DNA from: Naegleria gruberi
Taxonomy: Eukaryota
Length of the DNA: 64,000 nt
NCBI GenBank assembly: GCA_000004985.1
Contig: GG738851.1
Strand: one strand, 5' to 3'
The notes below the pieces were generated by a model. It saw only the letters and a list, made by a program, of their open reading frames with translations. It did not search any database and was not told the DNA's origin. Both the position numbers and the translations under genes were made by a program. Positions 34,516 through 46,133 of the stretch are shown here, piece after piece. How positions within the stretch are numbered: position 1 is the first letter of the stretch; each line of letters starts with the position of its first letter.

Positions 34516-36686
34516 TGAAATTGTTGAGTGGGATCCTATCAAAAAATAACTCTTCTCACAATAGCAGATCAAATAATACATCGGTTACAGGTAGCCTTAA
34601 CTCAAATACACAATCAAGCTCATCGAGTGGAAGTAATTATAGTTGCATTTCGGGATCTATTTCCTCCAATACATCATCGAGTTGCAGTGTGCTCTCTTCA
34701 GTTGCCTCACTTTCATCATCAAGCATTTCAAAGACTAGGAAGGAACAACAATTATCATCATCGGCTGAATATTGCAATACGAGTATTTTAATCCAATCAC
34801 CTCCACTCTCTGCCAGAAAGACAAGCAATAAGTCCCAACCACAAAGCAACAACATTACAGCTACCACTCTTTCACCAACTCCTTCACAATCTTGCTCTTT
34901 CAGCTCTCCTAAAAAACAATCCAACAATTCTAGCAACAAGGAACCAAAGGATAATCATCCACCTACTGTGAACCAATCAACCTCCATAAATACGCCAGAG
35001 AGAAGTGACCCTCATCACCAACGTCAAGCAAGTGAGGATTTTCTGAATAGTCTTTCGTTTGCCCTACCTCAAATAGAATACGAAGAAGTCATGAAACAAG
35101 TTCAACAAAGGACAGTCATGATGTCAAACCAAAATGATAACATTACTGCAGAGAATATAGATGTAATGTCATCGGATGGTTACGACTTTGAATATTATAA
35201 TAAGGAAGAAGAAGAGAAGAAATTGAAAAAGAAACAATTGGCTGCCTCATCTTCAAAAAAGAAAGCCGAATCTAAACCACAACCATCAAGCACACCATCA
35301 ACTCCTGCATCAAACTCATTCAAATCACCAATTAAGAGTTCAACTCAACCAACAATTTCTCAGACTCCAACAAAGTCAAGTTCTTCTTCTGTAAAATCGA
35401 AACCAATTACACCTGCTGTAAATCAATCAACAGAGGCTCTTACAACTCTTTCTACGAGTAAGAGTAGACTTTCCCTTAAACCATCCACCATCAGAAACAA
35501 GATTAAACAGAAAGATTCCCCAAAACAGCAAAAAACCAGCCAAAGTAAATCTAAACCAATCATTTCTGAACCCCCAAAAGTGAATCCCAATAGGAAAGAA
35601 AGGAAAAACTCTGAGAAGAGTACAACTTCCTCAAAAAGTGGAAATAGTTCAATTGTAAATAATGCACCAAAAGTAAAGGATGAAGATGTCATTGCTGTAA
35701 TTGTGGATGATGATGACGAGGATATGAATGATTTGGAGCATGATTTGAGCAGTGCTCATGAACTCCATTCAACTGAAATGGTGGATGAAGATGAAGAGGA
35801 AGATGATGTAGACGAAGAGTCTTGCAATACCATGACCTCTCCTCGTACTCCTTGCTCTAAGAAGAGGAAGGCATTTGAAGAATTTGAAGATTCCCTAGCC
35901 TCTTCAAAAAAGAAGAAGGAAGACTCAATCATCTTGGATAGTGTCATTAAAAAAGTAATGGATATTTCAATACCAGATACACCAGCAATGGAAGAAGACA
36001 GTCCATCATGTGATAGCTCACTTTCCATTTCTCCTTCACTATCTTATAATTCTCAGTCAACTTGTGGAGAGCACTCAGAGTATTGCATTTCTCCACTTGA
36101 CTCAATAGCATTTGATGCCAAATTGTACAGCTCTCAATCCAATGTAGATATCAAAGAAGTCAATCAAAAAATAACCACTTTAACAAAAGTCATTGAGCAA
36201 AGAAATGCACAAATTTTACAACGAGATGAATATATTGCCAATCTCTCCAAGGAGAATAAGGAAATGAAAAAGTTCAAATCAATGATTCATAAACTAGATG
36301 ATGTTGGATTTGTGTTCTACATGAAGGCATCTGAATTGGTTTGTGAGGGATTGATGGCACGAGATCTCGACACAAAGGAATCACAAGAAATTATTCATGA
36401 TTCTCTCCAAAAGGGAATAAGGTACATGAGAGCCTCGGCCGAATTTGGAAATGTCGATGCCATGTTCGAATATGCAGAACTAATTCTAAGATATTCAAAA
36501 TCAAAGAAACATGAAGCAAAAGAATTCTTGCAAAAAGCAAGTGAAAAAGGACACAAGAAAGCAGGAGTGTTTTTGAAGAGTTTGGAAATGAAAGAAGAAA
36601 CCCAAAGATATGAAAAAAGTGTTGAACATGATCATTTGCTTCTCTATGGGCAAGAAACAACAAAAACCAAGTCAAAGAGAAAATAA
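34516..36686 (+). CDS. Ser/Thr-rich protein with C-terminal Sel1-like/TPR-like repeats (hypothetical; single exon; ATG at 34516)
   Basis: MKLLSGILSKNNSSHNSRSNNTS…, then a long S/T/P/K-rich low-complexity region and an acidic stretch (DDDDEDMNDLEHD…DEDEEEDDVDEE). The C-terminus (…ASAEFGNVDAMFEYAELILRYSKSKKHEAKEFLQKASEKGHKKAGVFLKSL) resembles Sel1 repeats. The track start at 34428 is TTG. Confidence 0.65.
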
Positions 36687-37365
36687 AACTGACTGTTCGA
36701 AATAATTATCAATCTTTGCAAGTAGCACAAATCAATTTCATAGTTGACAACAGGTGATGGTTGTATGAGAAGAAATGAGAACTTGATCCTTTAAGTAACT
36801 CAGGCCTTATCCTTTTATGTAGGAGACAAGTATGCCATCTAGAGCTCTCAATTTCAACCTTTCAAAATGTATTGGATAGCTTTGTGACAATGAAAAAAAT
36901 CAGTTTCATCATTCAGAAATTGTGATAAATGTAAATAAAATGTTTGAATTAAAGTGTTGTTGTGAGGAATATTTTTTGAAAATTGAAGATAACAAGCGTT
37001 AGATGCAAGTTTTGGCCATATTCAATCATTTGGGCGCCAAAATAATTCTCGTGAGGGTTCTTGCAGGTTGTCGTCAGCAGAATTTATTTTTGTCACCATC
37101 AAAAAAAAATTTATCGCTCTCACTTTTGTTGTCTGCGCGTTTGGAAAGTTGTTTTTTCTCAGCAGACTTCTTGGTATTCTTTGTAGTAATTTTTATCTAA
37201 CCAAGCATTCTATACAAGAGTATATTATTGTGGTTATTATTACTGGTAGTTCAGAAGTATTTTGTTCATCTTTAAATTGAAGCAAAATATTGAAAAAAAA
37301 CTTCCGGAAACTTTCGACAACAATAACTGGATAAATTATTGAATAGTAGTAGTATTACTAGTATC

Positions 37366-40300
37366 ATGATGTCAAATAACAAGCAAGGAGGAGTTTTAAA
37401 TATCATCTTTTCAATTATTGTATTGTTTGTATTGTGTGGAGTTTTGGCAATTTCTGCTTGCTATGCTATTACACCAGCTGTAGCAGAGCAAATAGTGAAA
37501 AACCAACAACAACAACAACTAAACAACAATAATGAAGATAAGTCTCCCCAAGAATTTACATATATAAAGAACCTGATACATTCGCAAGGTATGTAAAGCA
37601 TTACGAAGAATTCATCTAACCGTACCATTAAAATGTATACACACAATATAATGTTAACAAATCACGTTCTCTAACAAACAACATTTATTTGGAAATTTAA
37701 AGTAGCCGATAGAAATGAATTTTCTAATATTTTAATTGTAAGTATGAGAAATACTAAAGAGTAAATTTTGTTCTAACACACTTGCTTTTTAATAGAATGA
37801 TCAGGACTTTATTGGAAATCAAAGAAGGACGTACCTTCAACAATTTAGAGACAAACTTGTAAATACGCACAAAGGAAAGCTCCATTTTGATATAAAACTT
37901 GATGATGAGGAAGAAGATGACGAAGAGGAAGAAGAAAGTGGAGCTAGTCAGTCTTCCAATCGTCTAAACTATCAACTCTATAATGTTGATGAGGCAGATA
38001 TAATTGACCTCGAACAACAAAAACATGCCCATACTGATGAAGATAATGGAGATGATACAACACAGCTTGATTCCGTATCACTGGTAAGGAGAAATAATAT
38101 TGATGGAACTTCTGGAAGTTCCAGTGGTGATGGCTCAAGCACAACATCAAACCAATCATCAAAGGGCAATGCTGGGATGCCAACTTCAAATACTAATAAC
38201 GCTGAGATTACAAATACAAGAGTCAAGTTACTATTTGATCCACCATCATTAGACTTTGAAGAAAGGTATGTGTTATTATTGAAAAATTTATTTCAACTTT
38301 ATTTATAGACCACTTTGCAATCCTATTGCAAAAACATTTACAATCACTAAAGAGGATGGAGAAGAAGAAGAAGCTCTTCAAATAACATCAGTATCTACAG
38401 AGTCTCTTTTATTCCATCCATCTATTAGTAAGAAAGAAAATAACAAGATAACAATTAATGTTATTTTTCTCCCTAGAATTTTGAAAAGATCTGAAGGAAT
38501 TATTACTATTAATACGAACTTTGGAGTTTTTTCTTTTAAGGCATTTGGTGGAGGTATTGAAAATGCCTATAACATCAAACCAATTCTTGGACACAAATTA
38601 CCTGTTGGTGCTGATTATAGAAAACCTATTTTTATGCATAATCCACATCAAAATGAATCATTATTAATCAAGGAAATTTACACTAGTGAAGACTTTTTAT
38701 TATTGAGTTTACCAGATCAAAATTCAAATGACAAAACTTATAATAAGAAGAATCCACTTTTATCATTATGGAAAATTGAACCTCACCAAACAAAGTCTAT
38801 TATTTTATTGAATTTCCATGCTAATCAACCTAAAAAACATACAGGATTTGTTCATGTTAATACTAATCGTGGACAATTTATTATTCCTGTTGAATTTATT
38901 GTTTCAAAGAGTGGAGTACATCGTATTGTTGATGAAATTGATTTTGGAACTTTCATCTCTGCCAATGAGAAGAGAACTCGTGACATTGTACTCCTTAACT
39001 CATCTCCAAATCCAGTTTTAGTATCTGAAGCATCTATTGCACAAACTGATGCTCAATTAAAGTTAGAATTTACAAAGAATACCCTTCTTCAAGAAGGATC
39101 AATTTCAAGTGTTGCAAAGGTTACTTATACATCTCAGATACAAGGAGAATTTACTGGAAAAATTATTTTCAAGACCAATGATACTACATCAAAGGAAAAT
39201 GCTGGTATTATTGAAGTTCCATACCGTTCTCGTATTATTCATGGAACTTTAGATTATAGAATGAATAGTACAGCTTTTTATTGTGGTGATGGTAAAGAAA
39301 AGGTTAATGAAATGGTATTAATGAATGGATTTGATGTTCCAATCAAGTTCACTTCTGCTGATGTGTTTGATAAGAGATTTACTATTGAAGATTTTACTAC
39401 TGGTTCTATTTTAGAAAAGAATAGCAAGAAGAGAGTACTTTCTATTCGGTTTAATCCAAGTGACAGTTTTTTGATTCACAAGACTAATCTTATCCTCCAT
39501 ACAAATATTACCAGATTGTACATTCCACTTTATAGCTATCATGGCAATTTAGATCATATTCCAATTAATGCTGAGAAGAATATTCTCAACATTGAAGCTG
39601 CCAATGATGGTATTAATATGGGTATTCTTGGTTTGAGCAGTAGAAAGATTCACTACTTTACTGTTTCCAATATGAATCCTGTACCAATCAAAATATTTGA
39701 CTGGAAGGTAACTGGTATGACAAACAAAAAATCAAGCATTTCCATTTCATATGTCAAGATTTACCAACCTGAGGATGATTTGGGCTCTTTAACTCTTATC
39801 AAACCAACAAAATTAAGTGAAAGTATTAATAGCAAGCATGCTGATGGAAACAAGGATTCTTTCATTTTTGCCATTCTTCCAAACCAAAAGATAATTATGA
39901 GATTGGATATTTACACTCCAACTTCAGATGAAGAACAAAATGGTTTTATTGAGTTTGTGACTCAATACAAATCCTTGACCATTCCTCTCAAGTTTATTTG
40001 TATGGAAGGTAGTTTATCCATTACTAATCAATTACCTTTTGATGTTACTTTCCCTGGTAAAATTCAAAAGAAAAATATCTATGCAACTAATACTTTTGGA
40101 AGAACTATTACCATCTCTGAAATCAAGTCATCTGATGAAAGATTCATTCCAGTCATTACTCATAAAACAATTGAGGCAAACCAAAAGATGAACATTGGTT
40201 ATGTAACCTTGGATGCTTCCAAAGTTCCAAAAGAGAAGAATTACATGATGGATGATGGAAAATCTGCAACTAGTACCTCTAGTTACAATAAGAAGTCCTC

Positions 40301-43109
40301 TACCATTTCATCTGAAGAGTTTACCAAGTATAGATGGAGAAATTCTCTATTTGAAGATATTAAGAACGCTGGGGATACTAACATTCTTGGAACAGTTTCA
40401 TTACAAACAGATATTGGAATTAATTATAATATTAATATTTCTACTTCATTGGAATATCCAAAACTTTCCCCAGTACGCCAAATCAACTTTAAACTTACTC
40501 ATATTGGTACAAGTGCGTCACAATACTTGACTGTTGAGAATCCATCTGATCATTTCATTTCTCTTCAATTAATTTTAGGAAATGGATCTCTTGCCAAGTT
40601 TCTTCAAAGAAATGCAAAAGGAAATGTACCAAAAATTGATGGTCAAGGTGACAAATCATATACAGAATTTAGACTTCCAAAAGATGGTATGAATTCTGCC
40701 AATATTCCACCTCATAGACATGCCAATTTAGGTCCAATTATTTTTACTCCAAAATCTGATGCTGCTCCTTCAGTCGCTTATTTATACATTAGAAATAACT
40801 TGACCATTTTTGATATTGTCAAACTTACAGGCAATGGTGGTTCTTCTAAACTCATTTTCAGTGAAAATGGAAACGATCTTGCCTCTCTCAAATTTGAAAT
40901 TAAGGAGTCACAATTGGGAACATGGGACAATTATACAAATAGATTTGTTCAAAATAATTATAGTAGCAATAATGGAAGTGAGGATACCCAAAAGACTGAA
41001 CTAATTTTCCACAAAAAGTTCATATTGCAAAACAAGGGTAATATGCCGGTCACTATTTTAGGTAGTAGTATTGACAATATGGGTTGTAATGCTTATGGTG
41101 TCAAATTACACAAATGTGGCAAATTTGAGTTACAACCTGGACAAACAACTGGTTACAAGATTTCATACAAACCAGATTTTACTACTGCTGTGGTTGATCT
41201 TTTCATAAGAATTGACACAGATCAAGGAAAGTTGTCCTATCCAATTAGATTGACACTTCCTTATAATGTATTGCCATACTTTTATGAAACTCAACCTATC
41301 AGTACTGGCCATAGATTGTTCAGAGTTGCTGCTACATTTATTGTTCTTACATTGGCTCTTTATATTATTTTCAGAGCATGTCGTGAACTCAAGACACTCG
41401 ATTCTGCAGATAATGAATTACCAACTTCAATTACTGATTTCCTCAAACCAAACTTTAGCATTAGCTCATTCCCATTTATTACCTTCCCTTCAATGGATGC
41501 AGAGAAGCATAATCAAAATAAGAATGATGAAGAAAAAGTTTTAAATGCTGAAGAGGAAAACAAGAAGAAGAAGGCCTCCGAAAAGGCTGAAAAGAAGAAG
41601 AAGCCAAAGACTAATCAATCTCCAAGTATTCCAAAATCTGACAAGTCAAAGACCAAGCCAAAACAAACAAAGGCTGCATCCAATCTACAGAATAATACAA
41701 ATGAAGAGGAAGAAAATGCTGACAAGACCATTGTTGAGATTGAATCTACAGGTGACAAGACAAGTGTTGCAGAATCAATAGTGGTAGATCATCCTTCTAC
41801 TCCAAAACAAGGCAGTGCCATTTCAGCACCAACCAGTGTTTTAAAAGAGGAGAAGGAAGAAAAACCTGCTCATAACAATACTATCGTCAGCACAAATAAT
41901 GTTACATTTGAAAATGATGCCAATTCTTCCAATTCACTACTAGAAAAGAATGAAAAGAAGTCAATTTACAAAAAGATTGGCTCAGAGAAAAAGCCACATT
42001 TTGAAAAGAAGACTAATTCCTCATCTAATAAGAAAAAGTTCAATGAAACAGAGGCTAATATCGTTATTAAACCAAAGGCATTTTCAGCAATTCCTACCAA
42101 TATAACCAATAGTAATGAAAAGCCAAAGTTTTATGCTGTCAAGGCTGGTAATGGTGGTGCTGTTGCTGATGCAAACAATACGACTGCCAATGTAACTAAT
42201 AATGGTATTATTGATTTATCTGTCCTCAGCCCTAGCTCTAGAAGTAGAACTCCAAACTCGAACGAAATGGCTAGATTTGGCGGAAGAGAAAATCATCAAA
42301 CACTTTCTACCACTGAACTCTTGAACAATGTTATTGAAACTCCATCCATGAACGATAATGTCAAGACTCGTGAACGTTCCTCATCCGATTCAGCAACCTA
42401 TAAGAATTTATTGGATAATACTACTCCAAATAGTTCTCAATTGTTATTGGACGAAAAGAGTTCCTGTTCAACAGATTTGGGAAGTACTGGAAACTTGAGT
42501 GGACTTTTAAGTGATAGTATGGCACCATCCCCTTCATCAAATTCTCTTATTGAAAATGATGTTTTATCCTTGTTGAGAAGTGCCTCAGTTTCTCCTCCTC
42601 CAATCGGTCAAACAGCAACATCTTCTTCACCAGTTAACAATACAAATCAACATAAGGAACAAGTAGGTGTTATTGGAGGTAATAATAATACTAGAAGAGA
42701 TTTTGGTTTTGGACAAGCAAGTCAACCTTATTGGTACTTTGGGGCAACTCCAGCAGCTAGTAGTAATTCATTCTTTGGACAAGGAAATAACTTTTCTTCT
42801 AATAGTTTGCCTTTTGCTCCAAATCCACAATTCAATGCATTTAATGCTCCACCTGTTGTCAATAGATTGGCTGCTACGTTCCAACATCGTCCAACTAATT
42901 ACTTTTCATTGTTTGATTCTAGACCTAACAGTCTATTCTCTACTGACACTAACAGTTCATTCTTTAGCAATTTGAACCAAAGATCTAACAATAGTAGTCC
43001 ATCAAACAGTGATAGTACAACTGGTACACCAGATGTTACCTCTTCACTATTTTCATATGTGTTACCTGCCGAAGACGCAGGAGATGAACAACAACAACAT
43101 CTCAAATAA
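37366..43109 (+). CDS. TMEM131-like giant type-I membrane protein (signal-anchor, PapD-like/Ig-like beta-rich ectodomain, TM, long Ser/Asn-rich cytoplasmic tail); 4 exons: join(37366..37588,37703..37737,37796..38265,38309..43109)
   Basis: Exon 1 is MMSNNKQGGVLNIIFSIIVLFVLCGVLAISACYA… (signal/anchor). A 35-nt mini-exon (VADRNEFSNILI) is needed to keep frame between the GTATGT donor at 37589 and the exon starting NDQDFIGNQRR at 37796. Exon 3 is acidic and Ser-rich. The GTATGT…TTTATAG intron (38266..38308) joins the 4.8-kb main exon. The ectodomain GIITINTNFGVFSFKAFGGG…FHANQPKKHTGFVHVNTNRGQFIIPVEFIVSKSGVH… matches the TMEM131 N-terminal beta-sandwich region. A TM helix (FRVAATFIVLTLALYIIF) precedes a low-complexity tail. 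Confidence 0.75.
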
Positions 43110-44542
43110 AATTCATTCTTCTATTCATTCTTCAACAACTATTGGTTATATCACTGGTCAATTAAACATACTGTACATCAGGGAGATTAAAACCAAGAAA
43201 AAAGATAATCCCATTAGTACTCGATTCGTTTGTAGCGGTGCGGAATTTCGGCTTTTGTTTCGAAAATAATAGAATCCATTCTAAGTATGTTCCAAGATAT
43301 GGTATCTTGTAAAAGACAACCGATAACAAAGTTTGTTTGGAAGTAAAATACTTCTCCCTCCACTAGTATTACTTCAAGAGAGCTAAATGATTTTTTCAAG
43401 GTCACAAAGTTTGTTGCATTGAGATGTCTCTTAGAGACTATTTGAGTTACCTCTTAAGCTTTACTAATGAGTCGCTTTATTTGGTTTGATTCTGAAATGT
43501 TGTAAACAGAGAGATTAAGAAATTATTCAGTAATTCTCTTTCCATAATTAGAACTCATAGCAACCACTAAAATCTTTTGTGTTCAGTAGAGAGACTTTCA
43601 AGAATGTCCAACCTTAATATTGGTGTCCAGTCTGAAAATAATAAGGGAGATTACAACCATAATGAATGTTGCAAGAGATAATTTTAATCTTGTATGTAAA
43701 CGGGTATAAGGCACACAAAAAAGGATTGACCTAGGATGCAAACGATTTTTACAGCTTTTGGTTGGTCATCTAAAGTTGGTTCTAAAAAGCGTCTCTTCTT
43801 AATTGGCACCATTTTGACCATTATTCCCCCATTATCAATTTCCACATCTATGGCAGGCTGTTACAATAAGGACAAGGATGTATGATATGTTCGAACCGCT
43901 TGGTTATGAACTGTTCGTTGTATGAAGTCAAGAAATGCAATATTCTCCCAAACTTACTAGTATTTTACAAATTTTGGTCTTACAGTTGTTTTTCTTACCA
44001 ATCTTTAGACTTCTCCAAATAGAAGCTCAACCCAAGGTCAGACCATGAAAAGAGAGTTATTGAAAACGCTTGGTAACATGAACAAGCGAGTAGAACAATT
44101 AGAAAAGTGGAGGCTTCCAAATTAATTTGTAGTTTGCCCTCCCCTCCGCCACAAAGATTCACTTGCATCGCTGAAATTGGCACCAGTCCAAGCCAAGCTT
44201 GTATGGTCTCGAAAAATTGTCGTTTTAATTCATTTCAAAAAAACAAAAGCAAAGACAATTTGCCCATTAATCCAACTACCTAAAATCCTTTTTTTCCAAA
44301 GCAGAAACAACAAGAAAAAGGGTGCCAACAAACAAAGCGAATTGGTGAGAGAGAATCTGAAATTTTGCACCAGTCATCCACTAGATAAGTAAGTATAATT
44401 ATCATAACAAACGACGAATCCATAACTTGTGCATTTATATTGGCATTCAACTGTGGTCAACTAGTATCTTGTTAATACACAAATTAATCAAAAAATCTGA
44501 ACAATTGATTCGAAAAACATACTCAAAAAACATCACACTATT

Positions 44543-45936
44543 ATGAACACAAACAAGGTGGTTCAAAAAACAAAACAAGCAGCCACACATTCCCCTCCTA
44601 TTATTACTCAACACAACCAACAAGAAATGATCAAGACTTCTTTTCACAATCATCTGCCCTCTGTAACTCCTCACAGTTATGATATTTCTCAATCACCTCC
44701 ACCTCCATCATCAGCATCAATACATGCTTCAGGGATGCACCTTGCTTCTCTTTCTCGCTATGATACATCTTCCGTGCCAGCATCATCATCATTCGACAGA
44801 ACCACTCAACAATACAATTATCATCATGCTGCACAACAACAACAGTCATATGACATGACCATGCAACAACAATATCAGAGGGAACATGTAAATTTGCATC
44901 AGCACAGATATCATCCTTATCAGCAGCGAAACCCCATTAGTCCACCTTCTCCACCACGTAATGCACACAGAGGCGGATTGGAACTCCATAATTGTAATAC
45001 TGATGCTAGTGGCAGTAGTAATGGTGGTACTAGTAGTGGTACAGCACCAATGCATGTGTATTCGAATCCTCCTTCACATTATCATCACCATGTAAATAAT
45101 CAGAATTTTCGAGCATCTCCAACAAGTAATAAGAAAAGTCCAATTTCGAGTGAACAGTATGATACATGTTATGGTCAATCACATGATGTACACTCAACAG
45201 CTCAACAACCACTTGTATCAAACAATAGAAAGAAAATTCCAAACCGATCTTCATATGAAACACATGTATTTATGAATGCTCCTTCCATAATAGCAACTTC
45301 AAATTCAACAACACAACCAACACCTCAAAAGAGAAAGAATGTCATTTCCAAACAAGAAATGATTAAAGTGTTACATCTTCCTCAAACACAGGCTAGTTCA
45401 ATACTTGGATGTAGTTTGTCAACACTTAAAAGAAGATTTTATGAACTGAAAGAAGAATTAGGTAAGTTTTGATTGAATGAAAGTAATCTTATACGATTTG
45501 TTGTATTATGATGAATGCATGCATGACATGGACATCTTGATCAATTTACTTAATTATCAACACATCTATTTGATATTCTTGCTTATTGCTATATGTGATC
45601 AACACATCTATTTGATATTCTTGATTCCTTAATAATTATATGGAATACTTAATGTTCATGCATCAATTATACAACAACATTTAAATTCAATGCGCACGCA
45701 TACATACACATTTAGAAATGGAAAAATGGCCCCAATTCTATCATGAAATAAGACACTTGGCAATATTTTCCAAAGTCTACCCAATGTCCCTCTACTTTAT
45801 GCTCAATCATGAAGGATGTGACGACATGCATAAACCACTCACTAGAAAACACTTGATAAATTCACATGAAACGTATGAACAGTCTTACCAGGAGAATACC
45901 AACCACTTTTTGCAATATTGTAAGACCCACATATAA
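44543..45936 (+). CDS. RWP-RK-domain transcription-factor-like protein; exon 1 44543..45461 is confident; proposed exon 2 45716..45936 is joined by an unusually long 254-nt intron (45462..45715)
   Basis: The N-terminus is Q/H/S/P-rich. The C-terminus of exon 1 (ISKQEMIKVLHLPQTQASSILGCSLSTLKRRFYELKEELG) matches the first half of the RWP-RK domain (…LPI..AA..LGV..T.LKR.CR…). A GTAAGT donor follows at 45462. In-frame splicing to …tttag|AA ATG GAA AAA TGG CCC… gives …LKEEL-E-MEKWPQFYHEIRHL…, supplying a KWP core where RWP-RK is expected. The intron contains a tandem 26-bp repeat. Alternative: 45718..45936 is an independent 72-aa ORF. Confidence 0.55.
45548..45623. repeat. Tandem direct repeat (2 copies of about 26 bp, ATCAACACATCTATTTGATATTCTTG, separated by about 24 bp) inside the putative RWP-RK intron
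   Basis: Copies lie at about 45548..45573 and 45598..45623, exact over about 26 bp. Confidence 0.7.
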
Positions 45937-46133
45937 GTGAAGCCAGATTAGGGCCTTCCTTTAAGAACTGACCAATAAGGCAATGAATTCCATAGACCAA
46001 ACTCACAAATTGGGCCGAGAACAATATGAATCTTTGATTTCCATTCTAACTTCAAGTAGGACCATCAATAGATTCTTTGTGAGGTCATGCACCAATCAGT
46101 AAGCAATACACCCTTAAATGGAACAAATTGATT

